Assembly (NCBI RefSeq): GCF_001194135.2
Contig: NC_068982.1
Coordinates: 30,105,644 to 30,169,643 of the forward strand
DNA length: 64,000 bases
Direction of reading: 5' to 3'
Source: Octopus bimaculoides
Lineage: Eukaryota
The position numbers and the translations under genes are program-made. The notes beneath the pieces were generated by a model. It made no database searches, was not told where the DNA came from, and worked only from the letters and a program-made list of their open reading frames with translations. Below are positions 26,149 through 40,599 of the stretch, in pieces; position 1 is the stretch's first letter; each line of letters opens with the position of its first letter.

Positions 26149-26363
26149 TTAACTTTTTGACATTTAATCTGACCATATCCATCTCAAATATTGTACATGT
26201 TTTGTGTCCAAACTAACAAGATCTAGTCTCTCACACCTATCCTACAATGTCATTTTAAAAATAAATAATCGCCTCATTAAAATCTTAAATCTATGAGAAA
26301 ATGTGTGACTAATTCAGAACAATATGAGTAAATAAGCATGTAATCTGAATGCCAAAGGGTTAA
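26149..26363 (-). mobile_element. piggyBac-like MITE, family of 15490-15717
   Basis: Ends in AATGCCAAAGGG-TTAA; internal sequence is the reverse complement of the family. Confidence 0.75.
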
Positions 26364-26739
26364 TTAATAACCATCTAATTAGTTTTGAATTACTGCTGGA
26401 TGAAACCTCATCGATTATTTTAACTTCAGTCCTACTGGACCACACAGGCCATGTGCAGATTGGGTTTTGGGGTGTTCACATAGTTACAAAATTAATTCTG
26501 GCCTTTGGCACCCAGGTGTAATTTGAACACAGGACACAAAAAATTAGAACAGGCACTGCAAGACATGTTGTCCAACAGTTTAACAATTCTGCCAATTCAT
26601 CACCTGTGACTTGCACACTTTTTATGATGAAAGGTAAAACTGACTTCTGTTGGATTTGAACTGAGACATGCAGATAGCCAAAATGATTCTTTGCAAAGTA
26701 TTCTATCCAGCAATCTAAATATCTTGCCAATTTGGCCCC

Positions 26740-27043
26740 TTAACCCATTACCTACCAGTGATCTCATATAAGATCACTTAAAAATTACAAATTTCGTAAT
26801 TATCTGTCAATGTCAATATTTACACATATCTAACCTTTTTGCTATATCTACTAGGTATATTTCTCTGATATTCAAATGAGGTTTGCTAATTTTTCACCCA
26901 ATATCTCGCTTATTTCTATTTGAAATGTTATTTTCAAATGTTATTTTGTTCATTCCAGTGTGTTTCTAAGGCTGTTTTATGCTAGAAATCAAAGTTTCAT
27001 AAAAAAATTCCAGTTAATAGAATTATAGAAGGTAATGGGTTAA
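26740..27043. mobile_element. Second piggyBac-like MITE family
   Basis: TTAA-CCCATTACCT ... AGGTAATGGG-TTAA perfect terminal inversion. Confidence 0.75.
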
Positions 27044-27532
27044 TCAATGTGTGTGTGTGAGGCAAGGTTGCAAGGTCTCCACTTAGATACAGTTGACCAA
27101 ACTTGATTGCTATTGTGAAACCTTTGGTTCAAAATGCTGGCTACCATTATTCATTTGACTAGATGCACTAAAAATAGAAAATGTCTTGAGGACATTCAAC
27201 TTTCGTATGATAAACCAAATAAATCATAATATCTGTCTGTTTGACTCTCCATCTCTGCGTTGCTCTTTATTCATGTGTCCATCTTTCAATACATCCATGC
27301 ATCTATCAATGCATTTATCTGTTCATCTCTTCTTCCAGTTATTCATTTATCTATCCATCTATAGACCAGGACTTCTATCTATTCATCTATCCATCTCTCT
27401 GTTGTTCAGTTTATCCTTCCATCTATCTCTCTGTCCCTCTATCCATGTATCAGGTGTATGGACAACTATAGATATATCAATTGCCATACAACACAAATTC
27501 TTGATTTATTGAAATTTTTTCTGCCTCTCAAA

Positions 27533-27797
27533 CAGTGGCTCTTGACCATTTTTTACCCATGGACACCTTTGATTCCTAATTTACTTGGGTTGACCGTATT
27601 GGCATCTGATGTTTGAAAAAATTTATTATTTTTTTTATAATTGAATATTCTTAGGAATTGTGTAAAATATGTAAAATTTATTAATTTTTTATAATTGAAT
27701 ATTCTTAGGAATTGTGTAAAATATGATGTATAACCAATTTATTAAGCATAAATTTTAACAACAAAATCTGATATGGATCCCCTGTTGAGAACCACTC
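27533..27797. mobile_element. hAT-like MITE remnant with an internal ~40-bp duplication
   Basis: CAGTGGCTCTTGAC ... GTTGAGAACCACT termini like 58334-58630; TTTATAATTGAATATTCTTAGGAATTGTGTAAAATATG occurs twice. Confidence 0.55.
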
Positions 27798-27843
27798 CCA
27801 TAGGTATACCACCTTAGGAGAGCGTATATTAAATAATGTGTGG

Positions 27844-27894
<51 letters not shown>

Positions 27895-29400
27895 CATTTC
27901 ATCATCCTTGCTGTCCTTCTTTTCTTCTTCATAGTCCATCATCCCTTGTTTATTTATTCAGAGGTAAATAAACAATGCATTTGGTAATAAGAAAACCATT
28001 GCAGATAGAGCTTGGATTTCCAAATGTGTTCATAATATAACTCCAAGACTGACTCTCACTTAGGTCAGCTGTATGTGAGGGTAGGCGGACAGCATAAGGT
28101 TTCTTATATAACTTTCTGCTGTCTGTTTACTTCTTAATTACTTAGTCAGTAAGAATGGGTTGGGCTGGGTGAACGGGATATCCATCACTTTTACAGGTCC
28201 TACCAACTTGGAAAAGTTTAAATAGATGATTGTATTGAAAGATCTCGAATTAGCATGTGTTGTGTGTGTAGTTAGTTTTCAAACGAAACACCTAGGCTAC
28301 AGTTAATGATTCTCTTGCAAGCTCACACTGTGTTTACTAATTCTATTAATTTCACACGGCAAAGACTGTCTAAAAGCTTCCTCTTTCAGGAATTATGGCA
28401 AATTTAGTTTGATATGTTCAGTGTTTAATAGGTCACTTTAGTTTAATTGAAACAGAAATTAGCTGCTTGCGTGTCGCCTCTGATAAATGCCATAACAATC
28501 AGTGTAGACAACTGAAGTGTTTGTGATTTTGTGTGAGTGCGTATGTGTGTGTTGAGATGATTTGCTGAAGTTTTAGAATAATCATATGAATGATTAAAAA
28601 CAAAAACAATTGTCACATTTTGGCTGTCTGTTGCTTGTTTTGTGTAAACTGTATGGCTTTAAATGGTCAATCTAGTTCCAAGTAGACGTACATAGATATA
28701 GGGAGTCAGACAGAATATAACGCAGATGTTTGAATATGTAGCAATTAAAAGAAGAACCATTGTAAACATAGTTTTCACTTGTTTCAACAAATAAATGAAC
28801 AGTGAAGTTAATAGGTTTTCTGTGTTTTTAAATGTAATGATACTTCAGTTATAATCCATGATGAGATTGAGTCACTTGCTTGAGAAATACAAGTCAAAAA
28901 TATGTACCTATACTGTTAATAAATAATGATTATAAGCTTTAAGCTTATAAACATTTGCTGTGTATTGGCAATAGAAGATGGTTTTATATTGGGGCATATA
29001 AGCCCTCAATGGGAAAAAATGGGTATTAGTACACAGAGGAATTGAACCCACACCTCTTATTTTCATGATAAACATATAATAAGATAAGAGGTATGGGTCT
29101 GATTCCCATGCACACTAATAACCATTTTTGTCTGTGGAGGGCTTTATGCTCCTATGTTAGACTATTTTGTATAGCCAATACAGGGGTAATGCTTATAAAC
29201 TTAAAGCTTATAATTACTATTTACAGAATTTTCACTCCTCATCATTTCTTAATTCATATACATTTAGGTTTAAATAAATGAAATTGAAATCAGTTCATAT
29301 TCTGTTACACAAATGTATCTTCTTTTTCTTTTACTTGTTTCACTCATTTGACTGTGGTCATGCTTGGGTGCTGTCTTGACGAGTTTAATCAAACAAATCA

Positions 29401-30272
29401 ATGACATATAACCTGTAGGTAGTATTCTTTATTGATTGATTGGCACTGTGGTGCATATTCATGATGCACAATACCATGGGAGTTAAAGAAGCAGGTCGCA
29501 ATATCTTCACATTACTGTGGACTTGTGCCTTTTTGAACCTTGGTGATGAATGCTTCCATTGAGAGGACTGAAACTTAGTTTCCTGGTTGTAACCATAAAC
29601 CCCTATTTTATTACCAGTGATGATGGTCTTCATGAAGTCTGGGTCATGGTTTGCACAGCCCAGCAAGTCCTGAGCGATTTCCATGCATTGTTGCTTCTGC
29701 TGCTCTGCCAGCACTTTGGGGACAAATTCTGCTGAAACTCTCTGCATGCACAAATCCTCTATTAAAATAGAATGCATTGATCCTGTGCTCAATCCCACTT
29801 CATGAGTGATTTCCTGGATTATCACATACTGGTCCTCTATGACTATTTGTTGACCCCTCAATCAGCTCTGCGCTTCGGCTTGTGGATGGCCTGCCTGAGC
29901 ATGTTTCATCCACCACTGAGGTACAGCCATGTCTGAAGCAGTTGAATCACTCCTTGATCTGAGTTTTTCCGCAGAGCATCATTGCCAAAAGCTTGCCGAA
30001 TCTTCTGTTTGGTTTGATTTTGAGTACCATCAAGTTTTTAGCAAAACTTGATGCAATGTCTCTGCTCAACATATTTGGACATCTTTCATGAAAATGATAA
30101 TCTGTAATACATGCTTCTAATCTCGGCATAACAGCTGGGAACTGCCAGCATGTAAATTTTCACACATGCACTGAAACAGTAGTGTTGCTTCCAGCCCCAA
30201 AGATTTTGCCCACATGGCATTAGTTTTGGCTGGAAAAAATAAAGTTGGATGCTTTTGAAACAAACCTCATAT
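29401..30272 (-). pseudogene. Mariner (DD34D-type) transposon remnant, 3'-truncated
   Basis: Broken frames give KTQIKE(W), RVSAEFVPKVL, FMKTIITGNKIGVYGYNQETKFQSSQWKH (the DETW.Y.YD.ETK.QS.QW region) and HGIVHHEYAPQCQSINKEYYLQV. TIR-like TATGAGGTTTGTTTCAAAAGCATCCAACT at the right end. Confidence 0.88.
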
Positions 30273-30552
30273 ATTATATGTGTAATATATAAGGAGTATA
30301 TATATCATAATTAAATTATATGTTATGTACTTTATTATTGCATTTTGTTATGCACATCATTTCCCAGTCTGAGGAAAAGTGATCTTGCATGGAACTCATC
30401 AGTGGTATAAAAAAAAAGCTTGGAGACTGCTGACCAGAGAGCCAGGTGTCCATGATAAATGACACAATCTGTTAAGTATGGCACTGTCACCCAAAAGGTA
30501 CCTTAAAACAAAATAATAACAGGTGTTATTGATAAACTGGTCAGTGTGTTTA

Positions 30553-30746
30553 TCCTGATATTCTACCTGCTTTATGTTCAAACTGGCCAGATCCTGCCTC
30601 TCACTCCAACCCTACCATATCATTCTACAAATAATCAGTCACGCCATTGAAATCTCAAATCTATATGATAATGTGTGATTAATTCAAAATAGTGTGAATA
30701 TATAAGCATTGCATTTGACTGGGTAATCTGAATGTAAAAGGGTTAA
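30553..30746 (-). mobile_element. piggyBac-like MITE, family of 15490-15717
   Basis: Ends GTAATCTGAATGTAAAAGGG-TTAA. Confidence 0.7.
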
Positions 30747-33700
30747 AAGAAACCAGAGAATCAAATGTTGGATGTAAATGGATGGGGCAGTGTGTTAGGC
30801 ATGGTTCAATCATCTTACTCAAGAGACACCTAGAAAATCAGGTGTTGGTGATTAACTTGTCACCATTTTAAATGTGCCACTTAAAAACTATGGCCATACT
30901 GTAAAATATGGAGTATGTTTGGATTTCGATAGTATTATTGTACTGCTGCTTGCCTAATTACAGATTTCTTGTTTAGCCATATTACTCCTGGCCTTCAATA
31001 TGAATGTGTGCTTTGAACTGTTTAATTTTAATAATAGAAATCAATTATCTTTGTGTTGACTAAAGAACAAAAATAAATCCTTAAGAAGTAGGTATGATAA
31101 CATTTGTATTTATGTTTAGACACACACACACGTGTGTTGTGTGTATATACATATCTGCATATATATATATATATTCACATGTGTGTGTGTATGTATGTAT
31201 ATATATATTCACATGTGTGTCTGTGTATACACATATATATCTACATATTCTTCCTGCTAGTTTATTGTAACACTTTCTCCATTTCTTCTCCGTGAAATTG
31301 TCCATATTAACATAGAAAAGATATAATCATCACTTTTATTTCTTCTCGTTACAAACAAGCAAAATACTTCCCACACAATTGCGGCAGTGCCACTTGAGAT
31401 AACACTGGTGCTGGCAGCAGCTACATTTGAGAACCTGTAAGAATATCTTTTCGCTGCATTACGTTGAGAAAGTAGTGATTGTGATGTATCTATTGCATAT
31501 TCCACGAAAGAAGAGAGAGTAAAACAACGAAAACAAAGAGCAAGGAAAGAAAAAAAAAAACAAAAGCAGCAAGCATGGAGTATCTTTTTGAATAATCATT
31601 GCTTCTTAATTGATTTTCCCTGAACTGAATATAGTTTCTTTTGATTCTCACCTCAGCCTGACCCTTCAAATAGATCTAAGGCTATGTGCCAAGTATAACT
31701 GTACAAGTGTGTCCATTAAACATGCATGTGGGTGTGAATATGTAGTATTAAGCATACATACTGTAGTGCTTAATTCTGGTATGTTCTTTATTTTGTGTTT
31801 TCTTCCTGCTGTTCTAGTCTTCATTTCCCACTGCCCTTGGTAATAGATGGAGCTAATTGCTTGAGGTAACAGGACTTTGAAATCTATCATGGCATAATTC
31901 TTTGATGTAATGATTTCATCCGATTAGTCAATGGACTTGCTTTGCTTTTCTATATGGATTGCTTAGGGAATTTCTTTGCGATTCATTTCTTTTTCTTTTT
32001 TAATCTCTCTCTTTCTCTCTCTCTCTCTTGTTTTATTTGGTTTTCCTGAGTTGATTCATCAAATTTATTTCTGTGTTGTTGCTGTAACACTTGTCTGTGT
32101 CTACCATTCTTTGCTACAAAGAAGGAGACTCTAATTCTGATTGTTGCCTATTACGGTTCCTTGCAAATGCTTTCATGGTGGCAATAGCTTTGATATAAAC
32201 TACTCTTCAAGTGATTCATATTCTTGAAAGTAGGTTTTATTATATTATTAATTTCTAAAAGAACAAAAAGAAAAAAATACCTCACTTGCATCTATGTAAA
32301 CCTATTAGATGGTGGTGGGAATTATGAGTTGGGAAAAAAAAACAAAACAGCAAAGAGAATGCCATTTGCTTTAGTTCTGGGCATAAAACACTTCACCACA
32401 TTTACAAATTTATCAGACCTGAAGATAATGTATAGATATTACTATTCATAGTTAACATATATCTGTTTGAATTATAGTTGATAACACAATAGTAATGAGT
32501 ATAATATTGATACTTCTAATGATATGTATGCAACATTTACAGAAATTTATTGAGTCTTGTGTGTTTATATGTTTCATGGGTATGTGTGTGTGTGTGGTGC
32601 TTTGTGCATATGTTTGTATTGGAAATACCCAAAAATATGCCCATATATTTATACATGGCAAAAAAACGAAAAGAAAGATAAAAACTGATTTTAAATACTC
32701 TAACCTCATAAATGTATTATTGGCATACATAAATTTGTGACAGTTTCTCTGTAGCTTTCTGCTAAATTTTCGTCCTTCCATTTTTAATGTGACACTATCT
32801 ATATTAATGCTTGCTTTCATATAATACTTTTTTTCACTTACAATATATAAATTCACATGTTCTTGCACAAATTTGTGTGCTTGCAAACACTGAGGTTGAT
32901 TCTATCATTATTGTTTGCTTTACACAAAATTTCTCCTTCTCATCTTTTGTGCTTTACATAACGGAAGAGTTGGGTTCATTCTTATTGTGGAAATTTTACT
33001 TATATCAGAATAACAAATAGTTTCTTTTCTCTGATTTTATTTCCTGAACAAATGCTATTGCAGTTTAACTGAGTGAAACTTAAGTTCACTTTGTGTGCAT
33101 CTTCATCTGTTCCATAATCATACATTTCTCTTCTATTTTTTCTCATCCTCCACTGGCTGTGTGGTTAAGAAGTTTTGCTTCCCAACCATATGGTTTCAAG
33201 TTTAGTTACATTGTGTAGCACTCTGGGCAAGTGTCTTCTACTACAGCTCAAGGCCCATCAAAGCCTTGTGAATGGATTTGGTTGAGGGGGAGCTGTAAAA
33301 GGCATGCGTGTGTGTATGCATTTGTTTGTATTTGTATGTTTGTGTCTCATTGTCTTGACATCATGTGATAGTTGTAAATGATTGTCACTATGACAGAAGC
33401 AGTGTTATTCATTTCCAATATCCTGTAAGAATGTATCTGGCCATGGGGAAATATTACCTTGCTTAGAATCATATAAGGGTTGACAACAGGAAAAACCGGC
33501 CCCAATAAACCCCATTTGATCCATGCAAGTATGGCGAAGCAACCATTAAAGTGATTATGTTGATGGTGGCTAAGAGTTATGATGATAATTGCTTGCATTA
33601 TATGAGTAGCAACAAAAATTTACTATACACTCCTTCAGTGTCCCAGCATAGCTGGTTTGTGACATTTTGTGGTACAGTTGTTATAATGCAATAACACTGA

Positions 33701-34499
33701 TCATGCCCTTCCAAATGCCAACCACTTTACAGTGTGGACTGGATACTTTTCACCTGGCAATGACCATGAAGAAATATATACCAGAAATAATAATGATTTC
33801 AAATGTTGGCACAAGGACAGCAATTTCTGTGGGTGGTTGGGATAAGTCGATTACATCAGCCCCAGCGTTCAACTGGTGCTTATTTTGTTGAACCTTAAAA
33901 GATGAAAGTCAGAGTTAACCTCGGTAGAATTTGAACTCAGAATGTAAAGACAAACAAAATGCTGATAAGCATTTTGCCTAGCTTGCTAATTATTCTGCCA
34001 GCTCATCGCCCTATTTACCAGTAATAATAATAATAACAACAACAATTACAATGATGATCATGATGATGCTAGCAGCAGCCATAATAATGATGATAAACCA
34101 ACAAATAGATACAGGCTTGGGCTGAATCACAATAATTTGGATGGTAGGAATGTGGCAGGTGAAATTACTGGTATTAACATTCTATGGCAAGCCATAAAAG
34201 GATGTAGTGGTGATAATGATTAAAGTAATAAAGATGAATTGTCGTTTATTTTGCATTCTACTGACACCTGTTATAAGGGATTGGCAGAGTATAAACATGT
34301 GCTTCAATATATGTCATTGACTTTGAAAGCCCATATATTGAGCAATCGGAGGAATGGGTTAAAATGAAAGATAATGTGAAAATAAGAGAGATGTAAAAGT
34401 AAAAAAAGAATATGCAGAGTTTGTTGGAACAAGTGGACATATAAAGCAAAATTAAAATTCAGTGTGATTAAGTATTAAATGAAGAAAAATCTATTTGTT

Positions 34500-35800
34500 A
34501 ACTAGTTTGTAAGTTAGTTAATTAAATCTCCTGTGTTGAAAGACAGAGAGTTAATAATGCAGCTACTTGAATGGCAGGATTGAAAGAAATTAGGGCTTGA
34601 CAGAAGGCAAGTTTATTGGGTTGTATATAGAATTATATAGTGCAAGGGAATTGAAAATATCTGATATAAATTCAAGGCATAAACTGAACAATCAAGTGAG
34701 GAGGAGAGAGTATCTTCACTGCTATTATGAAAAGCATTTGAATTGTTAATGCTGCTCCCACAGCTGAAAGAGATTGGCTTGCAAGAGCCCTGTGCTGGTG
34801 CTATGTTTTTATGCACACATACTGGTGCCAAGTAAAAACCTCCCAAGCTGGTGCCATGTAAAAGCACTCATGCTGGTGTCATGTAAAGACACTGGTGCTA
34901 GTGACATGTAAAAATTACCAAGCACACTCTGTAAAGCGGTTGACATTAGGAAGGGCATCTAGCTGTAGAAACCATGTCGAAACAGACAGTTGGGATCTGG
35001 TGCAGCTCTGGTCAAAACACCCAACCCATACCAGTATAGGAAAATGGACACTAAATGATGATGTTGATTTGAAGTATGACAAAAGGCATGTTGCATAGCG
35101 ATATGACTGAGCTGTGAATCATGAGAAGCTGTTAGTTTTATAGGGTTAAGGGAGCAGTGAATGAATTGGAAAGGTAAAGAAATAAGTTATGGGTCGTAAC
35201 TTACGGGAAGACGGAAGAACACTAGACAAGGCTGTAATAATGAAGTGATACAGACCTTTGTACTCAGAGCTGTATTGTGTGAAAATGTGTATGAGATAAA
35301 GACTTAGGGATGGACAATAACTAATGGATTTAAGGAATCAGAGGCGAGTAATAGGAAAAAATGAAATCTATGGGGGAAGGGATTCAATTATGTAGCTTAG
35401 AAAACCATAAAAGCAGAAACCAATACACTGTGCACTCAGAAATTAATAAAGTCCTGTGAAGGGTTAGGGGTTAAGAGGCTTATAGTCCTGTAATGAAATT
35501 TAGAAACAAAACTCACAAATAAATCAGTAAAGATTAAGGGTGAAGAAAGTCTAAAAGTTAGTGCAAAAGAACTAAAATGTGAAGAAGAAATGAAAGAGGA
35601 ATGAGAAAGTAAATGTATAAAACTCTCGAAATTTGTCAATGCATCCTGAATTATTGAGATTTATGCAGTTAAAGATGACTAAATAAAGTTTATGTATAAA
35701 GATTAAAATTAAAAACTGATAGTTTGTAAACTGTTCTTATTAGGAAAGTACTGAGAAGAAATCTTCAGGGGTTGTGAATATTAGTTGTACAATAACTCCA
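34500..35800 (-). mobile_element. Highly decayed LINE (L2/CR1-like) RT region interrupted by a family B element (~34770-35075)
   Basis: Pyrimidine-rich minus strand with vestigial RT-like peptides; no intact frame. Confidence 0.25.
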
Positions 35801-35909
35801 GTTAATGGATGGATTGTGTGTTGGTTAAGGAGAGGGTAAAATGCATAGATATAGCTCAGGTGATACACATAAAAGTTAAAGGGAATTTTAAAATGATATA
35901 ACTGTATTA

Positions 35910-36245
35910 GTTAAAGAGACAAAGTTAATGCTCAGAGATTAGAGCGTCAGGTTCACAATCATGAGGTAGTGAGTTCAATTCCTGGACTGGGCTGTATGTT
36001 GAGTTCTTGAACGAGACACTTTATTCCACATTGCTTCAGTTGACTCACCTATAGGAATGAGTTGTGACATCACTATTGCCAAGCTGTATTAGCCTTTGCT
36101 TTTCCCTTGGATAACATCAGTGGCATGTAGAGCAGAGGCTAGTATGCATGGGAAACTGCTGGTCTTCCATAAACAACCTTGCCTAGACTTGTACCGCAGA
36201 GGGGAACTTTCTAGGTGCAATCCCCTGGTTATTCATGACCAAAGG
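35910..36245 (+). mobile_element. tRNA-derived SINE, family D, followed by (TTC)n
   Basis: GAGTTCAATTCC B-box; homologous to 6535-6885; (TTC)n at ~36249-36303. Confidence 0.7.
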
Positions 36246-36897
36246 GGGTTCTTCTTCTTCTTCTTCATCTTCTTCTTCTTCTTCTTCATCTTCTTCTTCT
36301 TCTTAGAGAGACAAAAAATAGCATTGACACAGGTTTCTAGTTCATGTCAGTGTGTAGCATCTTGGGTAAGTTTCTTCTACTATAACCTCAGACTGACCAA
36401 AGCCTCATGAGTGGACTTGGTTGATGGAAACTGAAAGAAGCCTGTCAAATGTGTGTGTGTGTGTGTGTATTTGTGTCAATGTTTGTCCCTCATCACCTTT
36501 TGACAACCACTGTTGTAGCGTAGTAGTTTGGCAAAAGAGAGTGATAGAATAAGTACCAGGCTTTAAAAACTGATGCCAACATTGGAAAATTGGTGTTCAA
36601 TAATGACGACGACAATGATGATAGACCCTCATCACCATTCAATGCTTAAAAAAAAATCACACAATTTTTATAATTGAATATTATTAGGGATTGTATAAAA
36701 ACGATTATGAAATATTTTGTGTATTGTAGAAGTATAACCAATTTGTTGCTGATGAATCATAGATTTAATTGGCTCACTCAAATTTCAGACTTTGTTCCCA
36801 AGTTAGAATTCTTCTTTATCATTAATATTTATGATTATCTGGTTCATTCATGGACAGTTTAGACCACCAGGCAAAATACCTTGCAATATTTAGTTCC

Positions 36898-37320
36898 AAT
36901 AAGGCAGTGAGCTGGCAGAATCATTAGCATGCCAGGGAAAATGCTTAGTGGCATTTCGTCCATCTGTACATTCTGAGTTCAAATGTTGCCTGGGTTGATA
37001 AAATAAGTACTGTTTGAGCACTGTGGTCAATATAATTAGCTCCCTACCTCTTTGGAAATGTTGGCCTTGTACCAAAAATTTGAAACCAATATTTAGTGCT
37101 GATTAGGCAGTGAGCTGACCAAATCATTAGCACACTGGTCAAAATGCTTAGCAGTGTTTTGTCTGTATGTTCTGAGTTCAAATTCTGCCATGGTTGACTT
37201 TACCTTTCGTCCTTATGGGATCGATAAAATAAATACCAGTTGAGCACTGATGTTGATGTAATCCATTAACACCCCCACCAGAATTGCTGGCCTTGAGCAA
37301 AAATTGGAAATCAAATATTT
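36898..37320 (+). mobile_element. Two head-to-tail copies of tRNA-derived SINE family C
   Basis: AGGCAGTGAGCTG...TTCTGAGTTCAAAT...GATAAAATAAGTAC repeated at ~36901 and ~37105. Related copies near 3720, 33800-34010 (-) and 63330-63910 (-). Confidence 0.75.
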
Positions 37321-38304
37321 AGTTATGATACTTCACATTCTGTTACGGTCAACTCTTTCTTTTAATCTGCTCAGATTGATAAAGCGTGTACCATTTTATA
37401 TACTAGTTTTGATGTAATCCCAACCCTTCACTTCAAAACTTGTGACATTAAAAACTATTATTGCTATTTATGTTGTCATAATAGTAAAGATGGTGGCTTT
37501 GCAGAAATTTTATAACAATAAACTGGATGTTAATCTTATTTAACTTTGAGACCCCTCCTTGTCTCGTAGTTCAAACCCTACTGTGTGTTACTTTGGTCAT
37601 CATTCTTCTCAGGTCATTGAAATAAGCATCATAATTTACTATGATTGACTTTAACTCATCCACCAAAGAAAATTGTTCTTTTTACTTCAAGTAAAAAGCT
37701 ATTATTGATTTATTTAACCTTATTGTTATTACTACTATTATTATAATCACGATGACCCTTGCCCTGCTGTAGTGATAAGTTCTCTGTAGACTGTGTCTGC
37801 TTTTGATTCCTTATTGGAATTTTATCACTAATGTCTTTTAGAAAATCATAGAAATTACAGAATTTCCATTTCCCCACCGTCTTCTCTAAATCTAAGATGT
37901 TGAGTCTGTTTAAGAAATCAATAATGCTCTTTAACAATTCTGATTCTCGATTCACATTCTATAGTTCAATAATATATTTTACTGTAAAATCTCACACGTT
38001 TCACTACATTAAAGTAATTTATGTTTGCTAGCTTAAATATGTCTTCTCGAACTTTTCAATGCAGTGATGTAAACATTTTGTTCCTTGCATTTATGTGGTA
38101 AATGATGAATGCTTTTTGCCTAAGTGATAATTCTTCTGTAATGGAAGCCGTACTATTAGTACTGATAGTGGTGGTAGTGAAGGTGGTGGTTGTGTTGTGG
38201 TTTTGCCTCAAGTGAGCCTTGGTGGAGCAGACCTATAACCAAGATTATTCTAACTCCACTAACCCTGTCTTTTTATTTCTACATATGATGTATGTATGTT
38301 GGCA

Positions 38305-38645
38305 CCTATTCTTTTATGTGTTTCAGTCATTTGACTGTGGTCATGCTGGAGCACTGCCTTGAAGTTTTTTTTTTTGTGTTTAGTCGAACAATTTCACTCC
38401 AGGACTTATTTTTTAAGCCTAATACTTATTTTATTTGTCTCTTTTGCAAGCTGCTAAGTTACGAGGATGTAAACACACCAACACCAATTGTCAAGTAGTG
38501 GTTGGTGACAAACACAGACACAAAGACACACGCACACATATAGATATATACATATGGGCTTCTCTCAGTTTCTGTCTCCCAGATCCACTCACAAGGCTTT
38601 GGTTTGCCCAAAGCTATAGAAGAAGACACTTGCCCAATGTGTCTT
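38305..38645 (-). mobile_element. SINE family A, 5'-truncated
   Basis: Reverse-complement tail and core of family A. Confidence 0.75.
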
Positions 38646-39051
38646 TTTTGTTTGTAAACGTGATATAGTGTAACTAAGGAAATTTAGTTACTATTTGCTG
38701 CAAGTCGGACAAAGATACTTTCACTATTACTCATTTACTATCAAAAACACTGCAGGAATATCTCAACTTACGATGATAATTGGTTCCAAGACATATAACC
38801 TAACTTGAAAAACAATGCGACTCAATAAAATTTGTAAAATTTGTAAAAGTTTGTGAAATTTATTAGCTTATAATTGCAGGTGTGGCTGTGTGGTATGAAG
38901 CTTGCTTTCTAATCACATGGTTCCGGGTTCAGTCCCACTGAGTGGCACCTTGGGCAAGTGCCTTCTAGTGTAGCCTCATCTGACCAAAGTCTTGTGAGTG
39001 GGTTTGATAGATGGAAACTGGAAGAGGCTTCTCTTATATATATGTATATAT

Positions 39052-40330
39052 ACAAGGTTATTCAAAAAGAATGAACCCAAATGTTTTAAAAATTGCCAAT
39101 ATGGTCAGGGAAAAAAGTTTCCAGTTTAGTTGTATGTAGCATAATTTGACTTACTTATGATCAGATTTTATTAAATTTTCATTAAATAAAAATAATTTTT
39201 GTTTAAATGGTATCACATTGAAAGCTATTAAATTATGAAGTACTTGTGTTGTTTATAATAAACTTCATTTTACATTTCTTGCTCACAAGAGATCATGCCC
39301 AATTTTAGCATACTTCTGTATGTCTTCTCAAATCATGATCACAGGAAAAGTTGTTGATAGTTCTTATCAACAAAAACAAAGATGATAAATACGCATAAGT
39401 GTTGCAAAATAAGTTTAGTTACTAATAAACATCAACTTGGGTGACACTTTACTCAACCGACAGAGGAAGGTGACTGATCAAACTGATTATGTATACAGAA
39501 TTCTGATTGGTCAAAAGTGTCTTCTTGTCTCAAGCTCTGATTTTCTGCTTATTCTTGTTGGAACCTTTGATACAGACTATAGAAACTTAAATCCCAGTAA
39601 CACTTACAAAATGTCAAGCAAACTTAAAAAATTTGTCACTACCAGTTTAACTGGGAAACTAAACTGATAATTTAGTAACCTTCTAAAATAAACGATTAAA
39701 AATCGAAAGGAGAAAATAAATAGCTTTGCAAGTTTAACTCGGTGTTTATTGAACAAGAGAGGTGTGAAATTTAAGAAGCAATTTGTTTGAATATACACAT
39801 CTGTGAGGAGACATTAAGAAGAATAGCAAAAATCTACTATACCAAAAGAACTGGTAATACATACATTACAAATGTTCTATGAAGAGAACATAAGATTGCT
39901 GCATAATTCAACATGAGTGTGAAACGACATTAAACATCGTATAAGGTAAATGAAGGCTTCTCATATTCACTTTGTGAATTTACATGCACAAGGATGAATT
40001 ATGATGTTGTTGTTGGCGTTAGATGCAGTAAAATATGGCTCAGACCATGATTACCAGTATGAGCATCAAACTTCAAAAAGTAGTTAACCATTTAATGGTT
40101 TTAGTAAATTTATACAGAAAAAGAAAACTTTATACTGTCCAGCATAAATAAAAGTCAATTTCATTATATTTTTTCTGTAAAAACCTATTCTGACATTAAA
40201 TGAGTCAACTTCCGGTATGTCATTTTTCAGCAAAAACAAATTCTAATAAAATTCTGGAAACGATTTACTTGTGTAATTTATGCACCCTCTAAAGTTTATT
40301 TTTGTTTTTGTGAAAGACGTGTGTAAATTA
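39052..40330. mobile_element. Possible decayed Tc1/mariner-class DNA transposon
   Basis: TA-CAAGGTTATTCAAAAAGAATGAACCC resembles mariner termini; no intact transposase frame found. Confidence 0.25.
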
Positions 40331-40599
40331 CATGTGTTTTTACAGTATATATGTATATATATAATCTATGTGTCTATGTTTGTCCTGGTGTTGATTTGTT
40401 TACACCTCTAACACCAGTTGTTTGTTTGGCAAAAGCTATTGATAGAATAAGTACCATACTTAATAATAATAAAAGAAGAAAACAGTACTATTGTTGGTTT
40501 GTTTGATTAAACCCTTCTAGGCAATGCCCCTGCATGGCCACAGTCTGCTGGCTCGAAGAAAGAACGAAAGATAGAACTTGAAAAATTTTTTTAAAAAAT

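Noticed and set aside
37710-37955. 81-aa minus-strand ORF (RESELLKSIIDFLNRL...)
   Set aside because: No recognisable domain and no convincing splice sites.
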